Notes: generated from the sequence alone by a model not told the origin. DNA of 57,301 nt from Actinomycetota bacterium (GCA_039194665.1 JBCCVW010000001.1:1-57301), one strand, 5' to 3'; counted from the stretch's first letter, positions 1 through 9,468 are shown. Numbers and translations are program-made.

Positions 1-388
1 CATCGTCATCGAACCCCGCGAACCCGACTGTATCGACGCTCCCGGCGTCGACGCCGGGAGCACGGCACCAGCGGCCCGATGCGCCGACGGGAACGGCACG
101 CTCACCGCGCTGTTCTTCTCCGACGACGTGATCGACATCGCTCGCGCCAAGGCGATGTGCCGCCGGTGCCCACTTCAGGCGTCGTGTCTCGCCGAAGCCC
201 TCGAACGCGCCGAACCATGGGGCGTCTGGGGTGGCGAGCTGATCTCCGGCGGCCGGATCGTCGCTAACAAGCGCCCGTGCGGTCGCCCGCCCAAGCGGCC
301 CCGTCCGGCGCTGATCGTCGACGAGCTCGGCCCAGTCAACGCCGACGAGGTCGACGCGGCAGGCGCCGTGTCGGTGAACGTCGCATGA
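1..388 (+). CDS. whiB7: WhiB7-like WhiB-family [4Fe-4S] transcription factor, 5' end outside window
   Basis: The frame starting at nt 2 is open. The translation ..RCADGNG..ALFFSDD..AKAMCRRCPLQASCLAEALERAEPWGVWGGEL..NKRPCGRPPKRPRP carries the WhiB Cys pattern (C-Xn-C-X2-C-X5-C), the EPW triplet plus GVWGG turn, and a GRP AT-hook-like basic tail typical of WhiB7. There is no ATG/GTG/TTG upstream of the first cluster Cys within the window, so track ORF 128..388 is only the C-terminal part. Confidence 0.8.
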   Translation, partial: IVIEPREPDCIDAPGVDAGSTAPAARCADGNGTLTALFFSDDVIDIARAKAMCRRCPLQASCLAEALERAEPWGVWGGELISGGRIVANKRPCGRPPKRPRPALIVDELGPVNADEVDAAGAVSVNVA

Positions 389-396
389 TCCCCCCG

Positions 397-442
397 ACGG
401 CCGTGGTGCCCTGGTCTCCCCCCACCGGGGCACCGCGGCCGT
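397..442 (+). terminator. Stem-loop downstream of whiB7-like gene (putative intrinsic terminator, no U-tract)
   Basis: ACGGCCGTGGTGCCC (397-411) pairs with GGGCACCGCGGCCGT (428-442). This gives a 15-bp stem with one G-U wobble and a 16-nt loop, 9 nt after the stop codon. Confidence 0.5.
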
Positions 443-481
443 AAGGGAACGTTTCGTGCTCGTGGAGCGACCTGTTCTCAT

Positions 482-1111
482 GTGCTCAGTACCCTGCAAC
501 GGGTGAACATCCGGCCGCGGCTGCTGGCGATCTCCCTCGTGGTCGCCGTCGTGATCAGCGTCGGCGCGGGGTTCCTCATCGCCCGCTCCGGCGACGACGA
601 GCCCGATGCCGTGCTCGACAATCCGCAGACGGTTGAAACCTTCCCCAACAACGGATTGGGCAACGACCTCGTCGAAGGCGACCTCCTCCCGGTGACCACC
701 CTGTTCGATCGAGACGACAACGAAATCGTCACGGCGTCGCTGTTGGGCCAGCCGACGGTGATGAACTTCTGGTTCTCCACATGCCCGCCGTGCGCCAAGG
801 AGCTCCCCGATTTCGCCGAAGTGCACAGCGAGGTCGGTGACGAGGTGCGCTTCATCGGGGTCAACACCATCGATTCGGTAGAAACGATGGAGCGTTTCGC
901 CGGTGAACGCGGCGTGACATACGAACAACTGCGTGATCCTCTCGCCGAGCTCACCGATGCCATCGGCGCGGTCGCGTTCCCGATCACGCTGTTCGTCACC
1001 TCCGACGGCACGATCATCGAACAAACCGGCGTGCTCGACGCCGACCAGCTTCGCGACCGGGTCGCCGAGCTACAGACCGTCGACGCCCAGATTCAGGAAG
1101 CCACCTCGTAG
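482..1111 (+). CDS. TlpA/ResA-like membrane-anchored thiol-disulfide oxidoreductase (thioredoxin fold)
   Basis: N-terminal TM helix (LLAISLVVAVVISVGAGFLIA), the redoxin motif NFWFSTCPPC, and typical spacing to FPITLFV. It sits next to ccdA. The start is GTG at 482, with GTG 503 as an alternative. Confidence 0.85.
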   Translation: MLSTLQRVNIRPRLLAISLVVAVVISVGAGFLIARSGDDEPDAVLDNPQTVETFPNNGLGNDLVEGDLLPVTTLFDRDDNEIVTASLLGQPTVMNFWFSTCPPCAKELPDFAEVHSEVGDEVRFIGVNTIDSVETMERFAGERGVTYEQLRDPLAELTDAIGAVAFPITLFVTSDGTIIEQTGVLDADQLRDRVAELQTVDAQIQEATS

Positions 1112-1130
1112 AGCACATGATGGAGCACAC

Positions 1131-2108
1131 ATGAGCCTGTCGTTCATCCGCGGTTTGGTCGCTGCGGTCAACCCCTGCGGGTTCATCCTGCTACCGACCT
1201 ACTTGATGTACTTCCTCGGGATGCAAGGCCAGCTACCCGGGTCGCAGCGAGCATCGATCCGACGCGCGCTGCTGGTGAGCGCTGCAGTATCTGCCGGCTT
1301 CTTGTCGGTGTTCCTCGTCGTTGGGGTGATCTCCTACAACTTCACCAACTGGATCGACCAGAACGCCAAGTACGCCACCGGCATCATCGGCGTGGCCCTC
1401 GTTGTGCTCGGGATCGCCATGCTGTTCGGTTACAAGCTGCCGTTCATGACGCCGCAGATCAACACGGGTGGCCAGCCGAAGAACACCACGAAAGCGATGT
1501 TCGTGTTCGGTGTGGCCTACGCCGTTGCGTCCATTGGCTGCACGATCGGGTTGTTCATCGCCACCGTGTTCTCCACTACCTCGCGCGACGGTGTGGTCGC
1601 CGGTGTGGGCAACGTGCTCGCCTACGGGGCCGGCATGGCGCTGTTGGTGTCGGCGCTCACCGTGGCGCTGGCATTCGCCAATACGAGCTTGCTGAAGGTG
1701 CTGCGCAACGGCATGCAGTACGTCGACAAGATCGCCGCCGCCTTCGTCGTGATTTCCGGTGCCTACCTGCTGTGGTACTTCTACTGGGTCGACATTCGCG
1801 AAGAGGGCGACCCGATCACCGACTGGGCCCTGGAACAGCAGGCCGAGGCGACGATCTTCTTGAACGACCACTGGCGGACGGTGGCCATCGTGCTCACCGC
1901 CGTGGTGGGTGCCGCGGCGGCGTTCGTGTTCCTGCGCCGTGGGCCGAGCGACGATCCCGCAGCTGTGGAGGCGGCGGAGGGCCTGGTCGACGGTGGCGTC
2001 CACGCCGCTGCCGACACGAACGGCACCGCCACTGCAGAGGCCGCCGCCGATGCGCCGGGCGACGTGCCGGCCGACGCCAGCGACGAAGCACCCGCCGACG
2101 CCGTGTGA
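1131..2108 (+). CDS. ccdA: CcdA/DsbD-family cytochrome c biogenesis / thiol-reductant transfer membrane protein
   Basis: MSLSFIRGLVAAVNPCGFILLPTYL.. and a second conserved Cys in AYAVASIGCTIGLF, with a polytopic TM profile. ATG 1131 lies 20 nt after the tlpA-like stop. The N-terminal 66 codons of track ORF 933..2108 overlap tlpA and are rejected. There is an acidic, Ala-rich C-terminal tail. Confidence 0.85.
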   Translation: MSLSFIRGLVAAVNPCGFILLPTYLMYFLGMQGQLPGSQRASIRRALLVSAAVSAGFLSVFLVVGVISYNFTNWIDQNAKYATGIIGVALVVLGIAMLFGYKLPFMTPQINTGGQPKNTTKAMFVFGVAYAVASIGCTIGLFIATVFSTTSRDGVVAGVGNVLAYGAGMALLVSALTVALAFANTSLLKVLRNGMQYVDKIAAAFVVISGAYLLWYFYWVDIREEGDPITDWALEQQAEATIFLNDHWRTVAIVLTAVVGAAAAFVFLRRGPSDDPAAVEAAEGLVDGGVHAAADTNGTATAEAAADAPGDVPADASDEAPADAV

Positions 2109-2343
2109 CCCGGCTGTGACCCCGGTCACCGCCTGACCCCCGCAAATCAGTCACCTGCCCGATGTGACGGCCTACCTGAGGTCGCCACACTCGGACACAT
2201 GACACCCCTCGATGGACTCCACCCCGAGCTGCTGCTCGGCGAGCACCGTCGCCGACTGGCCGACGGCGAACAGCAGGCCTCGTTCCTGCGGTCGTTGACC
2301 CGCTGGCGACGCTCGTGGACGCAGCAACGATAACAATCACTAC

Positions 2344-5076
2344 ATGACCACCCGCGGCGATCTGGCCTTTGTTGGCCGTTCAGACGAACTGGACGTGCTG
2401 GCGGAGGTGATCGGTCGTAATCGCGGCGACGTCGTGCTCGTGTCCGGCGAGTCTGGCCTCGGCAAGTCGCGGCTCGTGCGCGAGGCGCTGAGTCGTACCA
2501 ATCTCTCGGTACTCGTCGGCACGAGCTCGCCGACGTCGTACGGACGACCGTTCGACGTGTTCCGATCGGCAATCGAACCGGCGGTCAGCTGGTGGACGAC
2601 AATCCCCGATGACCTCATCGGTTCGGCCGAGATGCTTGCGGCGATCCTCGGGCCCACCGCACCCCGGTTGAGTGGACTCGACCCTGCCGCGCCCGACGCA
2701 ATGGCGGGCGACCCGATCGCGGCCGGCGTCGCCCTGATCAGCCACCTCGAACCCGATGTGCTGATTATTGAGGACCTGCACTGGGCTGATGTCGAAACGC
2801 TGCAGATCGTCGAGCGCCTGCTGACCGCTCCCGACCGGCCGACGGTTGTCGTCACGTACCGTCCTGAAGACCTCCCGCCGGGCCATCCGGCGATCGAGTT
2901 GCTGCGCCATGTGGAACGCCGTCAGCCAGCGCGGCTGCGTCTCGAACCGCTCACCGGCGACGAGATCAGCGCCATGGTCGCCGCCGCCATTGGCGACGAG
3001 CCCGACGAGCGCCTCGTCGACACCTTGGCGGCACGCACCGGTGGGAATCCGCTGTATCTCGAAGAGTTCCTCATCGCCAATCGCAGCGACCCACAGTCGT
3101 TGCTCGAGTCGGCGATCCCCTGGAACTTGAGCGAGGCGATCGGTCACCGCCTCGGCGAACTGAGCGACGACGAGCGGTCGGTGCTGTCGATGGCCGCAGT
3201 GCTCGGGTCGTCGGCCGACTACGAAGTGCTGCGGTCGGCCAGCGGTTTCGGCGACGACGAGCTGATCGCTCGCCTGCGTCTGCTCGTCTCCAGAGGCCTG
3301 CTCGAAGAACGCACGGTCGACCGCTTTCACTTCCGCCACGAGCTGGTGCGCGAGGCCATCCTCGAATCACTGCTCGGTCGCGAGAAGCGCTATCTCCACA
3401 GCCGGGCGTTCGAAGCCACGATCGAACTGTGCCCGGCCGATCACGCGTCCATCGCCCGCCATGCGATCAAAGCCGCACGCGACGACGACGTGGAGCGCCT
3501 CGCCCCGGCCGGAATCCGTGACTACCTCGAGTCGGGTTCACCCTTTCAGGCGCTGCTCGTCGCCGAGGAAGCCCTCGATGCCTTTCCCGACCACCCTGAA
3601 CTGCTCGAGCTGGCGGCACGCGCCGCATGGTTGCTCGGCCGCCTCGACGTGGCCCGCCGCCACGCCGACCGTTGGCGGCGGATCGAGGAGCGGAGCGGAT
3701 CGCCGAGACTGTCGGAGGCCCTCGCCCTCGTCGGGCGCGTCGCCTTCGAGGCTGGCGACACCGAAGGCGAGCGCGACGCGTTCGACCAGCTGCGAGTGGG
3801 TACGGACGAGGACACTCCCGTGGAACAGCGCGCCCGGGCGTTGGTCGCCGTAGCGCAGCACCACATGTTGCATCGCGAGACCGAGCTGGCGGTGGAGTAC
3901 GCCGACCGGGCCATCGAACTCGCCGATGCAATCGGGTCCGACGACATCCGTCGGCTCGCGAGGGTCGAACGAGCGAGCTCGCAGATGAAGGGGGAATCGG
4001 CCGGGGATGCGGCCCCGGTGTTACGCGAACTCGCCGAACAGAGCACGGCGGTTGGCGACCATCTCACGGCAGCTCGGGCGCTGTTCAACCTCAGCGCGTG
4101 TCAACCTCCAGACGACGCCGAGAACACATTGCTCGAGATGCGGCGGGCCGCGATTCGGAGCGGATCCGATGTGATGGCGGTGCATAGCTTCGCCGAGCGT
4201 CGCGCTCAGCTGGCGATCGGACGTGGCGACCTCGGAGCAGCACTGACCGCCGTTCGCAGGTCGCGTGTGTTGGGCGGCAACAGCCGTTGGAATGACGCGC
4301 TCGTCGGACTCGATGCACTGCTGACGTTCGAGACCGGCGACGTCGACGAGGCGGCCTGCTTGATCGCGAACGACGTCGACTCCAGCGGTGGGCAACGCGA
4401 TCCGTGGCTACGTGCCGTGCGTGTGGCGATCGGCGAACCCGATCTCGATGCGCTCGCCTTGGCGCTCGCCGACATGGGCGAAATGCACCACTCTCCGGAG
4501 CTGCTCACGTTGACGTTCCGATCGATGCTGCGCAACGGCGTCGATGCGAACGACCTCGTCGAGCTGGTCAAGCGCTTCGGCGATGGCACGCGTGGCAGCG
4601 AGGTCGCGCTCGCAGTTCTCGCCGATCGTGCCGAACTCGATGATGCTCGCTCCAAGATCGAGACGGCGCTGGCCATCGTCGATGGGCCGACGGCGACCAT
4701 GGCGTCGCACGTTCCCCAGCCCATTCAGGCCGAGTTGTGGATTGCGCTCGCTCGGGTCCAGCGCCGCGAGGGGGAGGTCGACGCATCTCACGAGAGTGCC
4801 CAGCGCGCCCTCGACCTCCTCGAGAATTGGCCAGGCGAACGCCGAGACGAAGCTGCCCAGCTCGCTGCGACCCGTCGGTCGAACCACTCGGGCGGTGAGC
4901 TCACGGGCCGCGAGCACGACGTGGCGAGCCTCGTCGCGAAAGGCATGACCAACGGGCAGATCGCCGAGGCGTTGTTCATCTCGCGCAAGACCGTGTCGAC
5001 GCACGTCAGCAACATCTTGGCCAAGCTCGACATGTCGACGCGCACCCAGATCGCCCGCTGGTTCCTCGAGCAGTAG
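2344..5076 (+). CDS. LAL-type (large ATP-binding LuxR family) transcriptional regulator
   Basis: Walker A GESGLGKSRL, Walker B VLIIEDLHWAD, a long helical/TPR-like middle region, and a C-terminal LuxR HTH (LTGREHDVASLVAKGMTNGQIAEALFISRKTVSTHVSNILAKL). Confidence 0.9.
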   Translation: MTTRGDLAFVGRSDELDVLAEVIGRNRGDVVLVSGESGLGKSRLVREALSRTNLSVLVGTSSPTSYGRPFDVFRSAIEPAVSWWTTIPDDLIGSAEMLAAILGPTAPRLSGLDPAAPDAMAGDPIAAGVALISHLEPDVLIIEDLHWADVETLQIVERLLTAPDRPTVVVTYRPEDLPPGHPAIELLRHVERRQPARLRLEPLTGDEISAMVAAAIGDEPDERLVDTLAARTGGNPLYLEEFLIANRSDPQSLLESAIPWNLSEAIGHRLGELSDDERSVLSMAAVLGSSADYEVLRSASGFGDDELIARLRLLVSRGLLEERTVDRFHFRHELVREAILESLLGREKRYLHSRAFEATIELCPADHASIARHAIKAARDDDVERLAPAGIRDYLESGSPFQALLVAEEALDAFPDHPELLELAARAAWLLGRLDVARRHADRWRRIEERSGSPRLSEALALVGRVAFEAGDTEGERDAFDQLRVGTDEDTPVEQRARALVAVAQHHMLHRETELAVEYADRAIELADAIGSDDIRRLARVERASSQMKGESAGDAAPVLRELAEQSTAVGDHLTAARALFNLSACQPPDDAENTLLEMRRAAIRSGSDVMAVHSFAERRAQLAIGRGDLGAALTAVRRSRVLGGNSRWNDALVGLDALLTFETGDVDEAACLIANDVDSSGGQRDPWLRAVRVAIGEPDLDALALALADMGEMHHSPELLTLTFRSMLRNGVDANDLVELVKRFGDGTRGSEVALAVLADRAELDDARSKIETALAIVDGPTATMASHVPQPIQAELWIALARVQRREGEVDASHESAQRALDLLENWPGERRDEAAQLAATRRSNHSGGELTGREHDVASLVAKGMTNGQIAEALFISRKTVSTHVSNILAKLDMSTRTQIARWFLEQ

Positions 5077-5082
5077 CTGGGG

Positions 5083-5538
5083 CTACTCGTCCAGGGGGAG
5101 TGCGGTGGTCGACTTGAGCTCCTCCATCACGAAGATCGTGCGCACGTCGTAGAGGTCGATCGCCTCGATCAGCCGGCGATAGAACTCGTCGTAGGCCGGG
5201 ATGCTGGCCACGCGCACCTTCAACGTGTAATCGATGTCACCGCTCGTGCGGTACGCCTCGAGCACCTCGGGGAAGTCCGCCAGCGCCGCCCGAAAGCGTC
5301 GAATCCACTCCGAACTGTGGTCGTTGGTGCGGATGTTGACCAGGGCCAACACGTCGAGGCCCACGGCATGTGGGTTGACGATGGCCACCTGCCGGGCGAT
5401 CGTGCCGTCGTCTTCAAGGGCCCGGATGCGGCGCCAGCACGGCGTGGCGGTGAGGCCCACCGCGTCGCCGAGCTCACGGGCGCTACGACTGGCGTCGTCC
5501 TGGAGAAGACGCACGATTTCCCGATCGATTGAGTCCAC
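5083..5538 (-). CDS. Lrp/AsnC-family transcriptional regulator
   Basis: VDSIDREIVRLLQDDASRSARELGDAVGLTATPCWRRIRALEDDGTI.. is the HTH_AsnC region, followed by an AsnC_trans_reg fold (LEAYRTSGDIDYTLKV). The track ORF extends to 5589, but its first 17 codons are AT-rich at the third position, unlike the rest of the genome, so GTG 5538 is preferred (151 aa). Confidence 0.85.
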   Translation of the reverse strand: MDSIDREIVRLLQDDASRSARELGDAVGLTATPCWRRIRALEDDGTIARQVAIVNPHAVGLDVLALVNIRTNDHSSEWIRRFRAALADFPEVLEAYRTSGDIDYTLKVRVASIPAYDEFYRRLIEAIDLYDVRTIFVMEELKSTTALPLDE

Positions 5539-5651
5539 ATTCGAAGAATACTGCGCACATATGACGACAAGCGTGTTAATCATGTGCAAGAGAACTGATT
5601 ATGCGCGAACTTCGCAACACCTTCGATCCTGGACTTCCGTACGGTTGAGCT

Positions 5652-5891
5652 ATGGACCTGCGACGCCACTTCACCGAGCATCCGGCATCGGTCGACGAGA
5701 CCTATGGCGAGCACGCCCGGGTCGCCCTCGGCTTCGCTGCGTCCTTGGCTGCCGCGTCGGTCGCCGCTGCTGTGCATGCGATGGTGCCCTCGTTGTGTGA
5801 ACGCACCGCCAGCCGGCGGGTGTGTGCGCTCTATGAGAAGATGACCACCGGCAAGCGGGCGGCGAACGCCCCGCAGCGCCTCGCTGCCTGA
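5652..5891 (+). CDS. Small conserved hypothetical protein (DUF6356-like)
   Basis: 79 aa: FTEHPASVDETYGEHARVALGFAASLAAASVAAAVHAMVPSLCERTAS. It resembles my recollection of the DUF6356 family (HPxSVxETYxEH...VHAxxPxL). It is divergent from lrp across an AT-rich 113-bp spacer. Confidence 0.5.
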   Translation: MDLRRHFTEHPASVDETYGEHARVALGFAASLAAASVAAAVHAMVPSLCERTASRRVCALYEKMTTGKRAANAPQRLAA

Positions 5892-6069
5892 CTCGAACGG
5901 CTGCGCCTTGCGGGCAGCGTCGTGCGCGTCGCAGGCGACACGGCCACCAACGTGCTGACGGCACCAACGATGGCTGCTGCGGCGATACCGCCCCATCGGC
6001 GACCGACCGATCGGTCGGGGGTGGAGATCGTCGGCGCGGTTCGATCCCGGTTGCGGCCGGCCGGCCAGA

Positions 6070-8547
6070 ATGGCGAACGTGCGCTATCGGCTCGACGGCT
6101 TCGAGATCGACCTCTCGACCAGGACCATCAGCGGTCCCGATGGCGTCATCCACGTCGAGCCCCAGGTGTACGACGTCACGGTCTACCTGCTGGAACACCG
6201 CGATGTCGCCGTCAGCAAGATCGAGCTGATGGAGGCGATCTGGGGCGACCAGTTCATCTCCGAATCGGCCCTGACGTCACGTATCAAGTCGGCGCGCGCC
6301 GCCCTCGGCGACAACGGTCGCGACCAGCGGGTGATCCGCACGGTCCACGGGTTCGGGTACCAGTTCGTCGCGCCCGCACAACCAGTTGGCGCATCGGATG
6401 CAGGCGCCGGCGAACCCCGCGCCCGGCGGACCTCGCTCCCCAGGTTCGCCGATCCGTTGCGCGGACGGTCTGCCGAACTCGGCGAGATCGCTGCGCTGAT
6501 CGAGCGGCACCCGTTGGTCACGCTGGTCGGTACTGGTGGTACCGGCAAGACCAGGTTGGCCGTCGAGGTCGTCGGCGCAGCGACCGCACCGGAGCGCCCG
6601 CCGGTGTTCGTCGACCTCGCGGCATCGCGCGACGCTTCTGCGCTGCCCCTGGCGATCGCTGCCGCGGTGGGGATCGAGACCGGCGACCGGCCGGACGTGC
6701 TCGCAGCGGTCGGCGAGTACCTTGCCGCAGTTCCGCACACGTTGATCGTCGACAACTGTGAGCACGTGCTCGATGCGGCCGCCGCGGCGATCACCGAGCT
6801 GCTCGCTGCGTCGGACCACAGCCGCATTCTGGCCACCAGTCGTGAGCCGCTCGGTGTGGCCGGCGAGCGGCTGTACCGGCTCGGCCCGCTCGGCACCGTC
6901 GACCCATCAGCAGCGGCAGCAGTCGACGTCGAGGTCCTCGAGCAAAGCCCCGCAGCCCAGCTGTTCGTGGATCGCGCCCGTCTCGCCGACGACGAATGGC
7001 AACTCGATGCCTCCACAGCCGAGCGAATCGCCGAACTGTGCCGCGCGCTCGACGGGCTGCCGCTGGCGATCGAGCTCGCTGCCGGTCGCGTGTCGGCGTT
7101 CGGTCTCGACGATCTCGTCGGCGTGCTCGACCGGCGGCTCGACGTGCTCGGTGATCGTTCGTCGGTGCGCGAACACCGGCACCGCACGTTGCGGGCCACG
7201 GTCGAGTGGTCGTACGACCTCCTCGATGAGCCCGAACGCCGACTGTTTCGCGCGCTCTCGGTCCTGCCCGGTGGCGTCTCGCTCGATGCCGTCGAGTGGT
7301 TGTCGGCCCAACTCGAGCTGGATGTCGACGGGCTCGCTGCTCTCGCCCGTCTCGTCGACGCGTCATTCCTCACTCGCGCTTCTGGGCCTGCGGGTTCGCG
7401 GTATGTGCAACTCGAGACGCTGCGCGCGTTCGGAGTCGACCAGCTCGACGAACACGATGAGGCTCCTGCTGTCCGGCGAGTCGCCGCCGAGTACGTCGTC
7501 GCCGCGCTCGAACGCATCCGCAACGGGATGAACACTGCCGACGAAGTGCACTGGACCAACCGCCTACGAGCGGAGATGCCGAACATTCGATTCGCTCGGC
7601 AGTACTTCGATGGCGCCGACGACGTCGACCAGTTGCTCGCCATGAGTCGCCTCCTCGCAGGATGGGCGAGACTGCGTGATGCCACCGAAGTGTGGTCGTG
7701 GTCGGATGACTTGGTCGACCGTCTTCCCGCCGATGATCCCCGTGCTTCGACCGCATTGGCGATGCAGGCACAGGCGACGTGGCGCCGGGGCGACTTCGTC
7801 GCGGCGCAACAGATCGCCACTCGTGCGCTCGAGAGCGCCGTCGACGATTGGACCGTCAGTCAGGCGAAGTGGGAGTTGGGCGCCGCGCTGCTGTTCGCCG
7901 GCGACCTCGCCGGCGCAACAACTGCCTGGGTCGAGGCTGACCGGATCGATCGAGATGGGCTGGCGCTGGGTGCGGCGGCGGTCGCGACGGGATACACCGG
8001 CGACCTCGCGGCGGCCCGCCAGCTACTCGAGCGGGCAGCGAACGCAACGACCACGCCGCAGTCGGCGGCCGCATGGCTGAACTACTGCCGGGCGGAGGTC
8101 GACAACGTCGCCGGTGAGGCGAACACGACCGCCCTCGAGCAGGCGATCGAGTCGGCGCGCGCACTCGACGCCCCGTTCATCGAGGGAGTTGCCACGGTCA
8201 CCCTCGCGTCGCAGTACACAGCAATGGGCGACACCGAGCGGGCCGCGGCGAAATACTCGGACCTGATTGGGCTGTGGCTGCGATCGGGGAGCTGGACACA
8301 GCTGTGGACCACGCTGCGACAGGCGAGCGAACTGCTCGCCGACCGCCACCCTCGCACCGCGCTGGCGATCCTGCGTGCCGCGGAAGCAGATCACACCAGC
8401 TCGGCGGCACTCGACCCCGACTCGGCCGCGCGTCTCGGCGAGCTCACCGAGCGGCTCGAGGCGGCCGTGGACGAGTCGGTGCCGCCGCTCCCGCGGCTCA
8501 CCGTTGCCGAGCACACACGCTCGGCGCTGGCTGACCTCGTCGGCTGA
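6070..8547 (+). CDS. AfsR-like regulator: OmpR-type winged-helix DNA-binding domain + NB-ARC (STAND) ATPase + TPR/helical repeats
   Basis: N-terminal Trans_reg_C-like region (VRYRLDGFEIDL..EPQVYDVTVYLLEHRD..IRTVHGFGYQF). Walker A GTGGTGKTRLA, Walker B TLIVDNCEHV, ILATSREPL, and the GLPLAIELAA signature of NB-ARC. The C-terminal ~350 aa are helical repeats. Confidence 0.85.
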   Translation: MANVRYRLDGFEIDLSTRTISGPDGVIHVEPQVYDVTVYLLEHRDVAVSKIELMEAIWGDQFISESALTSRIKSARAALGDNGRDQRVIRTVHGFGYQFVAPAQPVGASDAGAGEPRARRTSLPRFADPLRGRSAELGEIAALIERHPLVTLVGTGGTGKTRLAVEVVGAATAPERPPVFVDLAASRDASALPLAIAAAVGIETGDRPDVLAAVGEYLAAVPHTLIVDNCEHVLDAAAAAITELLAASDHSRILATSREPLGVAGERLYRLGPLGTVDPSAAAAVDVEVLEQSPAAQLFVDRARLADDEWQLDASTAERIAELCRALDGLPLAIELAAGRVSAFGLDDLVGVLDRRLDVLGDRSSVREHRHRTLRATVEWSYDLLDEPERRLFRALSVLPGGVSLDAVEWLSAQLELDVDGLAALARLVDASFLTRASGPAGSRYVQLETLRAFGVDQLDEHDEAPAVRRVAAEYVVAALERIRNGMNTADEVHWTNRLRAEMPNIRFARQYFDGADDVDQLLAMSRLLAGWARLRDATEVWSWSDDLVDRLPADDPRASTALAMQAQATWRRGDFVAAQQIATRALESAVDDWTVSQAKWELGAALLFAGDLAGATTAWVEADRIDRDGLALGAAAVATGYTGDLAAARQLLERAANATTTPQSAAAWLNYCRAEVDNVAGEANTTALEQAIESARALDAPFIEGVATVTLASQYTAMGDTERAAAKYSDLIGLWLRSGSWTQLWTTLRQASELLADRHPRTALAILRAAEADHTSSAALDPDSAARLGELTERLEAAVDESVPPLPRLTVAEHTRSALADLVG

Positions 8548-8679
8548 CCCACCGTCACACCGGTATGGAGACGATCTCGACAGATCTCCACGTCACCTCC
8601 AAGCACCCCACACAGGCCATCCGTACGTTCGCTCGTATCAGCAGTTCCCAAGGGGAACCACCGACGCAGAGGACAAACG

Positions 8680-9468
8680 ATGACCACTCGACGACCAACC
8701 AAATCGCACCAGATTCCCCGCCGTTTGCTCGGGGTGTGGGCCCACCCCGACGACGAGGCGTACCTCTCGGCAGGTTTGATGGGGCGAGTCGTCGATCAGG
8801 GTGGCCGCGTGACCGTTGTCGCCGCCACGAATGGCGAGCTCGGCACAGGCGACACGGAACTGGCCGGCACCGAGCGGTTCGCGCAGCTTCGTCAGCGTGA
8901 GCTCAGGGGTTGCCTGGGAGAGCTCGGCGTCACCGACGTCCGATTCCTCGACATCCCCGATGGTGGATGCGCGATTGAGTCGGCCGATCGTCCCGTCGCT
9001 CAACTGGTCGACATCATCAGCGAGGTCCGCCCCGATGCAATCGTCACTTTCGGGCCCGACGGCATCACCGGACACCCCGACCACCGTGCGGTGTCGAGCT
9101 GGGCGACGGCCGCCTGGCTCGACTCCGATCAGCGCGCTGACGTGCTCTATGCATCCATGACGCGGACGTTCCTCGCCGAGTACGCCGAGCTACACGATCA
9201 GCTCGGGCTGTTCGACGAGTACGGCGACGGCCCGGCCGGCATCGACGATGGCGACGTCGTGCTGCGCTGCCCCCTGACGCCCTGCGAGCTCGAACGCAAA
9301 CGTGCGGCACTGGCGCAGCACGCCAGTCAAACGACGGGGTTGGCTGAAGCGGTCGGCGAGGCGACGTTCCGCCGGTGGTGGCGCGACGAGACCTTCCGAG
9401 TGCCGACATCGCACGAGCTGGCCACCGCAGCGTGGGCCGCCGCCGGGCGTGGACTGGTCGGGTCATGA
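8680..9468 (+). CDS. PIG-L/LmbE-family N-acetylglucosaminyl deacetylase (MshB/Mca-like)
   Basis: LLGVWAHPDDEAYLSAG motif, GITGHPDHRAV, and C-terminal HASQ. Its stop overlaps the azlC start (ATGA). Confidence 0.8.
   Translation: MTTRRPTKSHQIPRRLLGVWAHPDDEAYLSAGLMGRVVDQGGRVTVVAATNGELGTGDTELAGTERFAQLRQRELRGCLGELGVTDVRFLDIPDGGCAIESADRPVAQLVDIISEVRPDAIVTFGPDGITGHPDHRAVSSWATAAWLDSDQRADVLYASMTRTFLAEYAELHDQLGLFDEYGDGPAGIDDGDVVLRCPLTPCELERKRAALAQHASQTTGLAEAVGEATFRRWWRDETFRVPTSHELATAAWAAAGRGLVGS

Noticed and set aside
6038-6048. GGTTCGATCCC, which looks like a tRNA T-arm/T-loop, in the 5892-6069 spacer.
   Set aside because: The flanks give only a 3-bp T-stem, and no acceptor, D or anticodon arms can be drawn. 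It is not a tRNA, and in particular not the tRNA-Sec I was looking for.
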